From positions 25,854,001 to 25,918,000 of the forward strand of contig OZ024753.1 in assembly GCA_964016885.1 (NCBI GenBank): a DNA stretch of 64,000 nucleotides, in the 5' to 3' direction. Each line of letters opens with the position of its first letter. The stretch's first letter is position 1. The notes below the pieces were generated by a model. The model did not search any database. It was not told where the DNA came from and worked only from the letters and a program-made list of their open reading frames with translations. The DNA comes from Eledone cirrhosa. Taxonomy: Eukaryota. The translations under genes were made by a program, and so were the position numbers. Below, one piece after another: positions 30,001 to 42,697 of this stretch.

Positions 30001-33000
30001 ATAACATTAGTGTCCCTCTAGTAATGTCCCTGTTGGTACAATCTAGTCTTCCTACTAATGACATTAGTGTCCATGTAGTAATGTCCCTGATGGTACCATC
30101 TAGTCTTCTTACTAATGACATTAGTGTCTCTATAGTAATGTCCCTGTTGGTACATTCTAGTCATCCTACTAATTACATTAGTGTCTCTCTAGTAATGTCC
30201 CTGTTGGTACCATCTAGTCTTCCTACTAATAACATTAGTGTCTCTCTAGTAATGTCCCTGTTGGTACAATCTTGTCTTCCTACTAATGACATTAGTGTCC
30301 CTCTAGTAATGTCCCTGTTGGTACAATCTAGTCTTCCTACTAATAACATTAGTGTCCCTCTAGTAATTTCCCTGTTGGTACAATCTAGTCTTCCTACTAA
30401 TAACATTAGTGTCTCTCTAGTAATGTCCCTGTTGGTACAATCTTGTCTTCCTACTAATGACATTAGTGTCTCTCTAGTAATGTCCATGTTGGTACAATCT
30501 AGTCTTCCTACTAATAACATTAGTGTCCCTCTAGTAATGTCCCTGTTGGTACATTCTAGTCTTCTTACTAATTACATTAGTGTCTCTCTAGTAATGTCCC
30601 TATTGGTACAATCTAGTCTTCCTACTAATAACATTAGTGTCTCTCTAGTAATGTCCCTGTTGGTACAATCTTGTCTTCCTACTAATAACATTAGTGTCCC
30701 TCTAGTAATGTCCCTGTTGGTACAATCTAGTCTTCCTACTAATAACATTAGTGTCCCTCTAGTAACTTCCCTGTTGGTACAATCTAGTCTTCCTACTAAT
30801 AACATTAGTGTCCCTCTAGTAATGTCCCTGTTGGTACAATCTAGTCTTCCTACTAATTACATTAGTGTCCATGTAGTAATGTCCCTGTTGGTACAATCTA
30901 GTCTTCCTACTAATAACATTAGTGTCCCTCTAGTAATTTCCCTGTTGGTACAATCTAGTCTTCCTACTAATTACATTAGTGTCCATGTAGTAATGTCCCT
31001 GTTGGTACAATCTAGTCTTCCTACTAATTACATTAGTGTCCCTCTAGTAATTTCCCTGTTGGTACAATCTAGTCTTCCTACTAATTACATTAGTGTCCAT
31101 GTAGTAATGTCCCTGTTGGTACATTCTAGTCTTCTTACTAATTACATTAGTGTCCCTCTAGTAATGTCTCTGTTGGTACAATCTAGTCTTCCTACTAATT
31201 ACATTAGTGTCCATGTAGTAATTTCCCTGTTGGTACAATCTAGTCTTCCTACTAATAACATTAGTGTCCCTCTAGTAATGTCCCTGTTGGTACAATCTAG
31301 TCTTCCTACTAATAACATTAGTGTCCCTCTAGTAATGTCCCTGTTGGTACAATCTAGTCTTCCTACTAATAACATTAGTGTCCCTCTAGTAATGTCCCTG
31401 TTGGTACAATCTAGTCTTCCTACTAATAACATTAGTGTCCCTCTAGTAATGTCCCTGTTGGTACAATCTAGTCTTCCTACTAATAACATTAGTGTCCCTC
31501 TAATAATGTCCCTATTGGTACAATCTAGTCTTCCTACTAATTACATTAGTATCTCTCTAGTAATGTCCCTGTTGGTACAATCTAGTCTTCCTACTAATAA
31601 CATTAGTGTCCCTCTACTAATGTCCCTATTGGTACAATCTAGTCTTCCTACTAATTACATTAGTGTCCCTCTAGTAATGTCCCTCTTGGTACAATCTAGT
31701 CTTCTTACTAATGACATTAGTGTCTCTCTAGTAATGTCCCTGTTGGTACAATCTAGTCTTCCTACTAATAACATTAGTGTCCCTCTAGGAATGTCCCTAT
31801 TGGTACAATCTAGTCTTCCTACTAATTACATTAGTGTCCATGTAGTAATGTCCCTGTTGGTACATTCTAGTCTTCTTACTAATAACATTAGTGTCCCTCT
31901 AGTAATGTCCCTGTTGGTACAATCTAGTCTTCCTACTAATAACATTAGTGTCCCTCTAGTAATGTCCCTGTTGGTACAATCTAGTCTTCCTACTAATAAC
32001 ATTAGTGTCCCTCTAGTAGTGTCCCTATTGGTACAATCTATTCTTCCTACTAATAACATTAGTGTCTCTCTAGTAATGTCCATGTTGGTACAATCTAGTC
32101 TTCCTACTAATTACATTAGTGTCTCTCTAGTAATGTCCATGTTGGTACAATCTAGTCACCCTACTAATTACATTAGTGACTCTCTAGTAATGTCCCTATT
32201 GGTACAATCTAGTCTTCCTACTAATTACATTAGTGTCCCTCTAGTAATGTCCCTCTTGGTACAATCTAGTCTTCCTACTAATTACATTAGTGTCCCTCTA
32301 GTAATGTCCCTGTTGGTACAATCTAATCTTCCTACTAATTACATTAGTGTCCCTCTAGTAATGTCCCTGTTGGTACAATGTAGTCTTCCTACTAATTACA
32401 TTAGTGTCCCTCTAGTAATGTCCCTATTGGTACAATCTAGTCTTCCTACTAATTACATTAGTGTCTCTCTAGTAATGTCCCTGTTGGTACAATCTAGTCT
32501 TCCTACTAATGACATTAGTGTCCCTCTAGTAATATCCCTATTGGTACAATCTAGTCTTCCTACTAATTACATTAGTGTCCCTCTAGTAATGTCCCTGTTG
32601 GTACAATCTAGTCTTCCTACTAATAACATTAGTGTCACTCTAGTAATGTCCCTGTTGGTACAATTTAGTCTTCCTACTAATTACATTAGTGTCTCTCTAG
32701 TAATGTCCCTATTGGTACAATTTAGTCTTCCTACTAATTACATTAGTGTCTCTCTAGTAATATCCCTATTGGTACAATCTAGTCTTCTTACTAATGACAT
32801 TAGTGTCCCTCTAGTAATGTCCCTGTTGGTACAATCTAGTTTTCCTACTAATGACATTAGTGTCTCTCTACTAATGTCCCTATTGGTACAATCTAGTCTT
32901 CCTACTAATGACATTTGTGTCTCTCTAGTAATGTCCCTGTTGGTACAATCTAGTCTTCCTACTAATGACATTAGTGTCTCTCTAGTAATGTCCCTATTGG

Positions 33001-33630
33001 TACAATCTAATCTTCCTACTAATGACATTAGTGTCTCTCTAGTAATGTCCCTGTTGGTACAATCTAGTCTTCCTACTAATGACATTAGTGTCCCTCTCGT
33101 AATGTCCCTGTTGGTACAATCTAGTCTTCCTACTAATGACATTAGTCTCTCTCTACTAATGTCCCTATTGGTACAATCTAGTCTTCCTACTAATTACATT
33201 AGTGTATCTCTAGTAATGTCCCTATTGGTACATTCTAGTCTTCCTACTAATTACATTAGTATCCCTCTAGTAATGTCCCTGTTGGTACAATCTAGTCTTC
33301 CTACTAATGACATTAGTGTCTCTCTAGTAATGTCCCTATTGGTACAATCTAGTCTTCCTACTAATTACATTAGTGTCTCTCTAGTAATGTCCCTGTTGGT
33401 ACATTCTAGTCTTCCTACTAATGACATTAGTGTCCCTCTAGTAATATCCATGTTGGTACAATCTAGTCTTCCTACTAATCACATTAGTGTCTCTCTAGTA
33501 ATGTCCCTGTTGGTACAATCCAGTCTTCCTACTAATCACATTAGTGTCTCTCTAGTAATGTCCCTGTTGGTACAATCTAGTCTTCCTACTAATCACATTA
33601 GTGTCCCTCTAGTAATGTCCATGCTGGAGT
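1..33630. repeat. 57-bp satellite DNA array (about 590 monomers in window, continues off the left edge)
   Basis: Consensus CTGTTGGTACAATCTAGTCTTCCTACTAATAACATTAGTGTCCCTCTAGTAATGTCC in head-to-tail tandem. Variant order recurs at kb scale up to ~26 kb. Confidence 0.99.
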
Positions 33631-33769
33631 CTACAATCCAATCTCTCCATTGATATTCCATTTCATGTTACAATCTTTAATTTACTGATAGTCTTCGCTT
33701 CTGGTTGTTTCACGTACTCAGAGAAGGTCTCTTGTGGGTGGCATCTCTCTGTCCCTCTCTTTCCCCTCC

Positions 33770-33843
33770 CTCTCTCTCTCTATATATATATATATATACA
33801 TACATACACATATGCGCACACATATATGCATGTATGTTTGCGT

Positions 33844-33890
<47 letters not shown>
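33770..33890. repeat. (CT)n/(TA)n microsatellite
   Basis: Direct reading of dinucleotide runs. Confidence 0.95.
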
Positions 33891-33894
<4 letters not shown>

Positions 33895-34024
33895 GAAGTT
33901 ATATTTAATTTGTTTGGATTCCAACAAACTTAAAAGTTTATAACTGATATAGAGCACTGAACACTTTACTCTAGTAAATATTCAATATATTTATAAATGG
34001 AAACTATATTTATAAAACCATAAT

Positions 34025-34089
34025 TATTTTATTATATATATTTCAAGGGCAACCAAGCCAATCTTAGTGCGCTTTCATCAGATTAAATA
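34025..34089 (-). ncRNA. Type I hammerhead ribozyme (minimal, PLE-type)
   Basis: Minus strand: tatttaat-CTGATGA-aagcgcactaag[attgg]cttggttgccctt-GAAA-tatata-TA-ataaaata. Confidence 0.7.
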
Positions 34090-34093
34090 CAAA

Positions 34094-34228
34094 ATTTGTT
34101 TAATAAATAGTGACATAACCATGGAAAACAACCTTGACGGTTCTAAATTCGCTGGATAGTGACTATCCAGCGAATTTTCAAACGTCAAGGTTTTTACCCA
34201 TGGTTATTTCATTATTTATAAAACAAAT
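34094..34228. repeat. Imperfect palindrome, ~67-bp arms, centre 34161
   Basis: Core AAATTCGCTGGATAGT-G-ACTATCCAGCGAATTT; outer arms AACCATGG..AACCTTGACG / CGTCAAGGTT..CCATGGTT. Confidence 0.9.
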
Positions 34229-34230
34229 AT

Positions 34231-34232
34231 TG

Positions 34233-34275
<43 letters not shown>

Positions 34276-34550
34276 GTGTGCGCACACGTATGTATATGTA
34301 TATATATGTATGTGCGCACACGTATTTATGTGTGTGTATATATATATATATATATATGTGCGCATACGTATGTATGTGTCTATATACATATGTGCGCATA
34401 CGTATGTATGTGTCTATATACATATATGCGCACGCATATATGTATGCGTGTATATATATATATATATATAAACGCACACACGTGCATACATATGTGTGCG
34501 CTCGCGCACACACACATACATATATATATTCATATATATATATATATAAC
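34231..34550. repeat. Mixed (TA/CA/TG)n microsatellite
   Basis: Direct reading. Confidence 0.9.
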
Positions 34551-36139
34551 AAGATTAAATTGAAGAATCAGTATGTTATTTGTTGCAAATGACTTCACTG
34601 CACGTTACAAGAGATATGTTCTCGAATCATTAAAAATAATCTTACGTAACTCTCCAATCAATACCATGACAACAATGACGCTGAAGAACATCCGCCATGC
34701 TCAACAATTTTGACACATAATAGATATTACACTTAGCAATTTACATGTGTTATAGCTGGTGGCTTCAAATTTCCGATAGATTCACGAGCCCTTTAATACA
34801 CTTTAGCATATATGCCATTTTGGAGTAATTACTTTAATTAATTTGCAAAAATTGAATCGCTTCCAGCTTTTAGTTTCAATATTTTTCTTTATTTTGCTCT
34901 AACCTATGACAGAATCTAACCAGGCAATATATGCTAATATAACATTTCTGATAGTTCAAATACAACATAATATTATTTTCTCTCAAATTGTGAAGGAGAT
35001 GACCGAAAGAGTGTGAAAATCGATTTGAATGTGTTCGAGTAATTACTTTTTTCTTAATATATACCACTGCTCACCTTTTGAACTTGCATTACATAAACGT
35101 GATGAATTTTATTTAAAGTGTTTTGGGGTTAATAAAATAGAAACCAATAAAATATAGACCGAATATGATAAGAATAGAAATAATGTCTGTCGTAGGTTAA
35201 CTGTCGCTTTTATAGGCAGTTTTTTAGTGTTGGGGTTAGGTTTATGATATGAATTTGGTAAAATATGCTGTCAATCTTCAGGTTCGGTATCACGTGAAAC
35301 CGGAGTGGTAAAATATAGTTCTCCCGCGTAGCTGTAAGTTGGTTACCTATGTTGAACTCCCGTACATACTCATTGTTCTACTGCCACCACTAAATAGATT
35401 CAGAGAGGGGTGGAATGAGAGTTTGGTGCTATAACCAAACCATTGAAACTGATCGACTAAGATCCAGTTTGTGCCTGTTCACAATTACATTAGTCAACTC
35501 CACACATCTATTTCGACGTTCGGTGGTTTCCTCAAATGCGATTGTCGATATTTCACAACAACAGCTGCTACAAACTACACAATCCCCAAAGTCTGTCAAC
35601 TTGTCACTTGTAAATATCATACTTCCAACGAAACTACAATATCTACTACATTAGTAACTAGAATATCTCACATAGCAGTTTAACAGGATCAGATCCTACA
35701 AGGTGTGACGGACAGGTTCAGAGGCTGACTATAAAGGAACGATGCTACATGCATTCATTTCAACTCTTTTAATTAATAACTACATTGTCTCTTTTCAGTG
35801 ACTATGTTGAAAACTACCTTGGTCAGCCTATTAACTTTTCAGCCGATCCTCGTATTTATAACTTGGATATTGCGTTTCGCTTTGTTTTCGACCACTGCCG
35901 AAATTCGATCTCGCTGAAATTAGAGCAAACATCACGGACGCTCTATCTCAAAATTATTTTTGAAAAGCATTAGAAATGCGCAACCGGTAAAACTTAAAAC
36001 CAAAACTGAATACTAACCAATACTATTACTAATTCTCACTTATTCCTAATTAAACTATTTTTCACTGTGAACAATTTGTCAGCATTTTCTTTTCCGTTTA
36101 CTTTTCCATAACTTGTGTTTTACACCTCTATTCTTTTAA

Positions 36140-36219
<80 letters not shown>

Positions 36220-36258
36220 TTGCTATATATACTTTGGTATATATATATTCTTGCTATA

Positions 36259-38276
36259 CCTCATGCGATACATCATAGAGAGGGTTGGGAACGAACCCGC
36301 CTTTGGTGGGGCCCTGATCAACTTGGATCAATCTAAGGCGTTTGATAGGGTCGACCATGGTTACCTGGATGCGGTGCTAGCGGCGGCAGGCTTCGGACCG
36401 GTTTTCAGGGGCTGGATCACTGCCATGCACAGCAGCCGTATCTGCTCGAGGGTCAAGGTGAACGGCTACCTCTCGGAGCCGTTCGAAATCACGCGGTCCA
36501 TCCGACAAGGGTGCCCTCTCTCCTCCCTTCTGTATGTAATGACTCTAGAGCCACTGCTGCGGAAGTTGGAGTTGTTGCAGGGCATCCCGTTGGAACCGGG
36601 AATGCGGAAAGTCGTGACGGCCTACGCCGATGACGTAACAGTAATGGTGTCGACGGCCTCGGAAATCGGGGTGATCGGCACCTTACTGGAGGAGTACGAA
36701 AGGTTTACAGGGGCTAAGCTGAACCGGGACAAGTCGATCGGTCTGCAATTCGGCACGTGGAGGGGCAGATCGATGCCCTCCGATGGCGTCGTCGGGCGCT
36801 GGACGGAGGGCCCGGGGAAGTTGCTCGGGGTCCGGTTCGGACCAGACCTCCAGGTGGAGAAGAACTGGGGTGAGGTAACGTACAGGGTGTTTGCACTAAC
36901 CCAGAAGTGGGCCGAGTGCAAACTGTCCCTGAAAGGTCGGGCGGAGGGGTGGCGAACACTTATATAGCGTCCGTCATCTACTACCGCCTGACCGTTGTGC
37001 CTTGCCCAAGGGAAACGTTCGCCAAAATGGAGCGCGCACTTTCCAATTCCTTTGGAAGAAGCGGTTTCCTATGGTGAGGAGATCCATCTGCTGTCAACAC
37101 CCTTCGAAAGGAGGGCTGGGATGCCGTGGCTAATCATTCGTAAACACGCATTAAGACTACGGCACCTCCAGGTATTCCTGACCGGCCAACCGGTGTCGGC
37201 CCCGTTTGTGAGGCGAGCCTTGCCCAGACTCGTCTCGCTCACCGAGCTGCAATCCTGGGACAATCAAAGACCGAGAAAACTGGGCGCCTGGCACACCGAG
37301 TGTGCCCAGGCGCTCACGGCTATCGGGCAGGTGGACCCGGCTGTCAGTGGAGAATCCACCTCGTAATTCTATAGAGGGCTGGTGGTTAGCAGGTGCGACG
37401 ACGCCATCGGAGAAGCGCTAGGCATGGAGGAAGACGAACTGGCCAACCTGTTCGGTAGGACATTCAGCCCGGGACCCATGGATAACTTCCAGAGGTCCCT
37501 GGCCTGGCAGTGCTACCGAGGGGTTCTGCCCGTTCGAGAAAGGCTCTACAGACACGGGCCCCCGGGTAGGAACCCCCTCGAAAAAGATCTGTCCCAGATG
37601 CGTGTGCGACGAGGAAACCGTTGCACACGCATTGGTACACTGCCCGGGCATTGCCGATCTGTGGGGCTATGTCGAATAACTGCTGTCAAGGGTGGGACCG
37701 ATCTGGTTGACCACCGAGTCTATTGTAACGATCAAGCCGCCTCCCCTCTTCAAAAACGAAGGAGAGGCGGTGTTTCTGTGCGTAGTAGCCATGGCGAAAG
37801 AGGTTGTATGGTGGACGCGTCTGAAAGGACTGAGGTCAGACACCTTTCTCTCTGGCCAACAACTGGTCCGTTTCTTCCGATATCATTTCGGAAGAAGGAT
37901 CAGGATGGAGAGAGAGGTGCTGCACCCCAGCCATTTTTATGAAAGATGGGTGAAAGTGGCGAGAATGGCCCGTGTGAATGGGACTTCACTCTACATCAGA
38001 CTATAGGTGAGGAAGATGAAAGATCAAGGGAGCACCTCTCTCTGTGCTCCTGAGGAGAAGGGTTGCACACATTCTTCGGGGGTGTGTGCGACCCCCCAAG
38101 GTGCCTCCTCCCTATTGAGGATTTTGTTATTAAATTTATTTTTTATATTTTATATTTTATTTTTATACTTTTATATCTTGTTATTGCCTCCTCCATATTG
38201 AGGACGCCTTTTTATGTAAACTCCCCCCTTTGTACTTGTCCCACTTTTTGATGCCCTGGTGGCAAATAAAAAGAAA
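36259..38276 (+). mobile_element. 5'-truncated, frameshifted L1/Tx1-clade LINE (ORF2 RT, C-terminal CCHC, 3'UTR)
   Basis: RT motifs LDQSKAFDRVDH, IRQGCPLSSLLY, AYADDV. CPRCVCDEETVAHALVHC zinc knuckle at ~37590-37645. Stop at 38004-38006, AATAAA at 38265. GC-rich relative to flanks. ORF split over several frames. Confidence 0.92.
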
Positions 38277-39070
38277 TTTATATATACTTTGGTATATATA
38301 TATTCTTGCTATATACACTTCGGTATATATATATATTCTTGCTATATATACTTTGGTATATATATATATTCTTGCTATATATACTTTGGTATATATATTT
38401 TGTTGGTATATATACTTTTCTATATATATATTCTTGCTATATATACTTTGGTATATATATTTTGTTGGTATATATACTTTTCTCTATATATATATATATT
38501 CTTGCTATATATACTTTGGTATATATATTTTCTTGGTATATATACTTTGGTATATATATATATATTCTTGCTATATATACTTTGGTATACATATATTCTT
38601 GCTATAGATATTTTATTATATATATATATATATTCTTGCTATATATACTTTGGTATATATATTTCTTGGTATAAATATTTTCTTGGTATATATATACTAG
38701 TGTATATATCTTTTCTTGGTATATATACTATTGCATATATATTTTCTTGCTATATATACTATTGTATATATATATTCTTGCTATATATACTATTGTATAT
38801 ATATATTTTCTTGCTATATATACTTTGTCTATATATATTCTTGCTATATATACTTTTGCATATATATTTTCTTGGTATATATACTTTTGTATATATATAT
38901 TCTTGCTATATATACTATTGTATATATATATTCTTGCTATATATAATTTTGCATATATATTGTCTTGCTTTATATACTTTTGTATATATATATTCTTGGT
39001 ATATATACTTTTGTATATATATTTTCTTGGTAATATACTATTGTATATATATTTTCTTGGTATATATACT
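38277..39070. repeat. Degenerate ~30-bp TA-derived minisatellite (TATTCTTGCTATATATACTTTGGTATA)
   Basis: Recurrent unit; the same unit is at 36215-36258 on the other side of the LINE. Confidence 0.9.
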
Positions 39071-40139
39071 TTTCAAATATTTATTAGAGTCAAAATTTAA
39101 GAAAACGTGAAACCTCCAAATATAACTAAATTCTAATTATTATTTTCCACTCTCCATGTAATCATTCTTAAACCATTCATTCTCTGCGAGTGTATTGCGT
39201 GTAAACCGAATCCAAGTTCACGAATCCATACTTTCACTTAAATGTAATTACGTTGGCCTCTGAAGAAAGGAAAAATCTGAACACCGATGTGTTGTTTTCT
39301 AGTTTTCAGGTCGCAATACAATATATGAATAAAACCCCATTCCGCCCATAGCAATCAAGAAAGATTTTACTTAATTTTATTTGCGTATATTTTATTTTAT
39401 TGGTATTGCAAATAGACTTTTTTTTGTCAAAATACAAATTGAAATTATTTGTAGAGATTTTGTCATTCCACCTAAGAATTTTGTCACCAATTTTTTCCAT
39501 AGTACTGCATAGAGTATTAGAACATGTGATGTGCTGTTTCTATAAATTATATAACGAAAAATAAACAACAAGAAGAAAGAAAGGTTGACAAGGGTGAATG
39601 TGCGACAACATGTAACATGGCCTATTGAACGTTCAACGAATATAAACGTATAAACATTATGGATGAAGACAGGAAAAATAAACGAATGTAGACAATCATA
39701 TTTCACCAGTCGACCTCTAGAGAAGTGTTGTTTCAGTGTTTTAAGATAAATACATGGGTCACAAGAGTCATGGACAAATGCCAAGGCGATAGTCTTAACG
39801 ATTAGTTACAAATAAAAGAACATTTTTCTTCCTAACCCATGAGCTGCAAAAAGGATATCGACGGAGCCCAGTATATTGAATAACGTATGTCATGAACGTT
39901 AGACTGATCTTTATCAGATATCTTCTACAGCTTACTTCTTAGCCTACTTATTTCTGGGTGGGTCATGGGGGCAGAGTCCTCAAGCATGCCTTCTAGCGGG
40001 TTCTGTAAGAAAAAACCGCATCCAATTGATCCGGCTGGGTCACCAAGCGAAACCAGTCGAGTTTTATGGATGTAATGCACCATCTAACTTGGGTTCTCCT
40101 GCCATCTAGCTTGGGTCCAGGGATTTTTTCCTGTTACAC

Positions 40140-41121
40140 CGTTAACATGTCTGTAATATCGAAGCTGTGATCACTCAATTCAGAGAAACATCGATTTTGC
40201 CTGAAGCAACTCTGAGATTTTATAAGATGGTTCTTCACCACTGGAGACAATGGGTCTAATTTTCAGGTCGGGTTCTTCTTTGTGGGTTTTGATCAGATGG
40301 TAGAAGTTGGGCAGCCTGCTGTTTCTCGTTGTGTAATTGTACCGGAATCTCTTCGGAAACCTTCGTCGGTCACAGATGTTGGTCCAGGCGGTGTTGATCC
40401 AGTTCTCTATCAACGCGGGTGTAATACCAGTGACTTCCAAGTAGAGACTGTCGTCGTTGAGATGTTGGTCGGCTAGGTTGTTGTAAGGCTCTCTGGTAAT
40501 AACACAAAACTCTTTTGCCTTGTCCGATGTGAGGTATACAAGCTTCTTAGATCTGAGGCTGCTTAGGGTAGCAAGCTGTGGTCTGGAGAGATTGCGGGGA
40601 GTATGTGTGTGTTTTTGTAGGATGTTAGAAATGGTAAGTTTTAACCATGAGATTTTAGTCTCGAAATCACGGTTGGCGGTTAGCGGGTGTAGTAAGTTGT
40701 CAAGATGGTAAGTGGGGAATTTTGAATTCATTGTGGAAGTCTCGGAAGTATCGATGAAATACAACCACTTGAGCTTGGAGGTGGCTCTGTAGAAATTGGC
40801 GTCAATGTTGAGTCTGAGGCTGTTATCAAGTTGCTGCGTCAGGATAAACTTGGGGCCGAGACGGAGGAGTTGCATTTCATCGTTGGAAAGAGACCTGATT
40901 ATATCTGTGAGGAAGTGTAGGCTGTCAACGGTCTGCGGGTCAAGGTGGGGGTGTTTATAGAGTAGGTGGAGCTAGTGTTGTCGTGTTTGTGGCGTTCAAC
41001 ATTTTGAACCCCGACTCCTTTAGTGTTAGGGGTGGTCTCGTAGTGAGGAATGTTATCACGTTTAGCGCTATTTCTAGCTTTAGTTTGTTTTTTAAGAGAC
41101 GGTCTTTCTCAAATTGGACCC
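40140..41121 (-). pseudogene. Decayed Penelope-like element, N-terminal domain and start of RT
   Basis: QLLRLGPKF, SDKAKEFCVI, PNFYHLIKTHK..LKIRPIVS motifs typical of PLE proteins. An out-of-frame SFDITDML (RT motif A-like) follows near 40145-40170. Confidence 0.8.
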
Positions 41122-42620
41122 GGGCATGGTAGCACTGGTCAATAGTGTCTGTAGTAGTATGGGGCATGGTAGCACTGGTCACTAGTGTCTGTAGTAGTAT
41201 GGGGCATGGTAGCACTGGTCACTAGTGTCTGTAGTAGAATGGGGCATGGTAGCACTGGTCAGTAGTGTCTGTAGTAGTATGGGGCATGGTAGCACTGGTC
41301 ACTAGTGTCTGTAGTAGAATGGGGCATGGTAGCACTGGTCAGTAGTGTCTGTAGTAGTATGGGGCATGGTAGCACTGGTCAGTAGTGTCTGTAGTAGAAT
41401 GGAGCATGGTAGCACTGATCAATAGTGGCTGTAGTAGTATGGTGCATGGTAGCACTGGTCAGTAGTATATGTAGTAGTATGGAGCATGGTAGCACTGGTC
41501 AGTAGTGTCTGTAGTAGTATGGAGCCTGGTAGCACTGGTCAGTAGTGTCTGTAGTAGTATGGGGCATGGTAGCACTGATCAATAGTGGCTGTAGTAGTAT
41601 GGTGCATACTAGCACTGGTCAGTAGTGTCTGTAGTAGTATGGAGCATGGTAGCACTGATCAATAGTGGCTGTAGTAGTATGGTGCATACTAGCACTGGTC
41701 AGTAGTGTCTGTAGTAGTATGGGGCATGGTAGCACTGGTCAGTAGTGTCTGTAGTAGTATGGGGCATGGTAGCACTGGTCAGTAGTGTCTGTAGTAGTAT
41801 GGGGCATGGTAGCACTGGTCAGTAGTGTCTGTAGTAGTATGGGGCATGGTAGCACTGGTCAGTAGTGTCTGTAGTAGAATGGAGCATGGTAGCACTGATC
41901 AATAGTGGCTGTAGTAGTATGGTGCATACTAGCACTGGTCAGTAGTGTCTGTAGTAGTATGGGGCATGGTAGCACTGGTCAGTAGTGTCTGTAGTAGTAT
42001 GGGGCATGGTAGCACTGGTCAGTAGTGTCTGTAGTAGTATGGGGCATGGTAGCACTGGTCAGTAGTGTCTGTAGTAGTATGGGGCATGGTAGCACTGGTC
42101 AGTAGTGTCTGTAGTAGAATGGAGCATGGTAGCACTGATCAATAGTGGCTGTAGTAGTATGGTGCATGGTAGCACTGGTCAGTAGTATATGTAGTAGTAT
42201 GGAGCATGGTAGCACTGGTCAGTAGTGTCTGTAGTAGTATGGAGCCTGGTAGCACTGGTCAATAGTGTCTGTAGTAGTATGGGGCATGGTAGCACTGGTC
42301 AATAGTGGCTGTAGTAGTATGGAGCATACTAGCACTGGTCAATAGTGTCTGTAGTAGTATGGGGCATGATAGCACTGGACAATAGTGGCTGTAGTAGTAT
42401 GTTGCATAGTAGTACTGGTCAATAGTGGCTGTAGTAGTATGGCAGCACTGGTCAATAGTGGCTGTAGTAGTATGGTGCATAGTAGCACTGGTCAATAGTG
42501 GCTGTAGTAGTATGGCAGCACTGGTCAATAGTGGCTGTAGTAGTATGGTGCATAGTAGCACTGGTCAATAGTGGCTGTAGTAGTATGGCAGCACTGGTCA
42601 ATAGTGGCTGTAGTAGTATA
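41121..42620. repeat. 40-bp minisatellite (GGGGCATGGTAGCACTGGTCAGTAGTGTCTGTAGTAGTAT), 31-bp variants at right end
   Basis: About 38 tandem units read directly. Confidence 0.97.
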
Positions 42621-42653
42621 GAGCAGGCTATTAGGTGTTATTCTAAGTAACAG

Positions 42654-42697
42654 TAATGCACTGGGTATTTGCTGGCCTTGTGCCTAAAGTAGAAACA
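42654..42697 (+). mobile_element. 3' end of SINE, 5'-truncated, with 17-bp target-site duplication
   Basis: Near-identical to 44406-44450. Flanked by GTTATTCTAAGTAACAG at 42637-42653 and 42698-42714. Confidence 0.9.

Larger units (their letters stand above)
33888..34230 (-). mobile_element. Small non-coding HHR-bearing element (family A) with 5' foldback, inserted in (TA)n
   Basis: 33888-34049 is homologous to the reverse complement of 48776-48930 (shared ATAAATGGAAACTATATTTATAAAACCATA and TTTATAACTGATATA). Carries an HHR. Confidence 0.7.

Noticed and set aside
1-33630. CRISPR-like array
   Set aside because: No unique spacers, no cas genes, eukaryotic context. The same applies to the 40-bp array at 41121-42620.
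4-33653. Very long + strand ORFs of (MSLLVQSSLPTNNISVPLV)n and minus-strand counterparts
   Set aside because: A 57-bp unit is a multiple of 3 and few of its codons are one step from a stop. Variants are largely non-synonymous, and stops and frameshifts are propagated with the HOR. There are no unique termini. Best explained as a satellite artefact.
34560-36130. Short ORFs, GGGGTTAGG telomere-like words and isolated CTGAAGA words in unique DNA
   Set aside because: No recognisable domain, no repeat run, and no stem II/GAAA to complete a ribozyme. Host exons cannot be excluded by eye.
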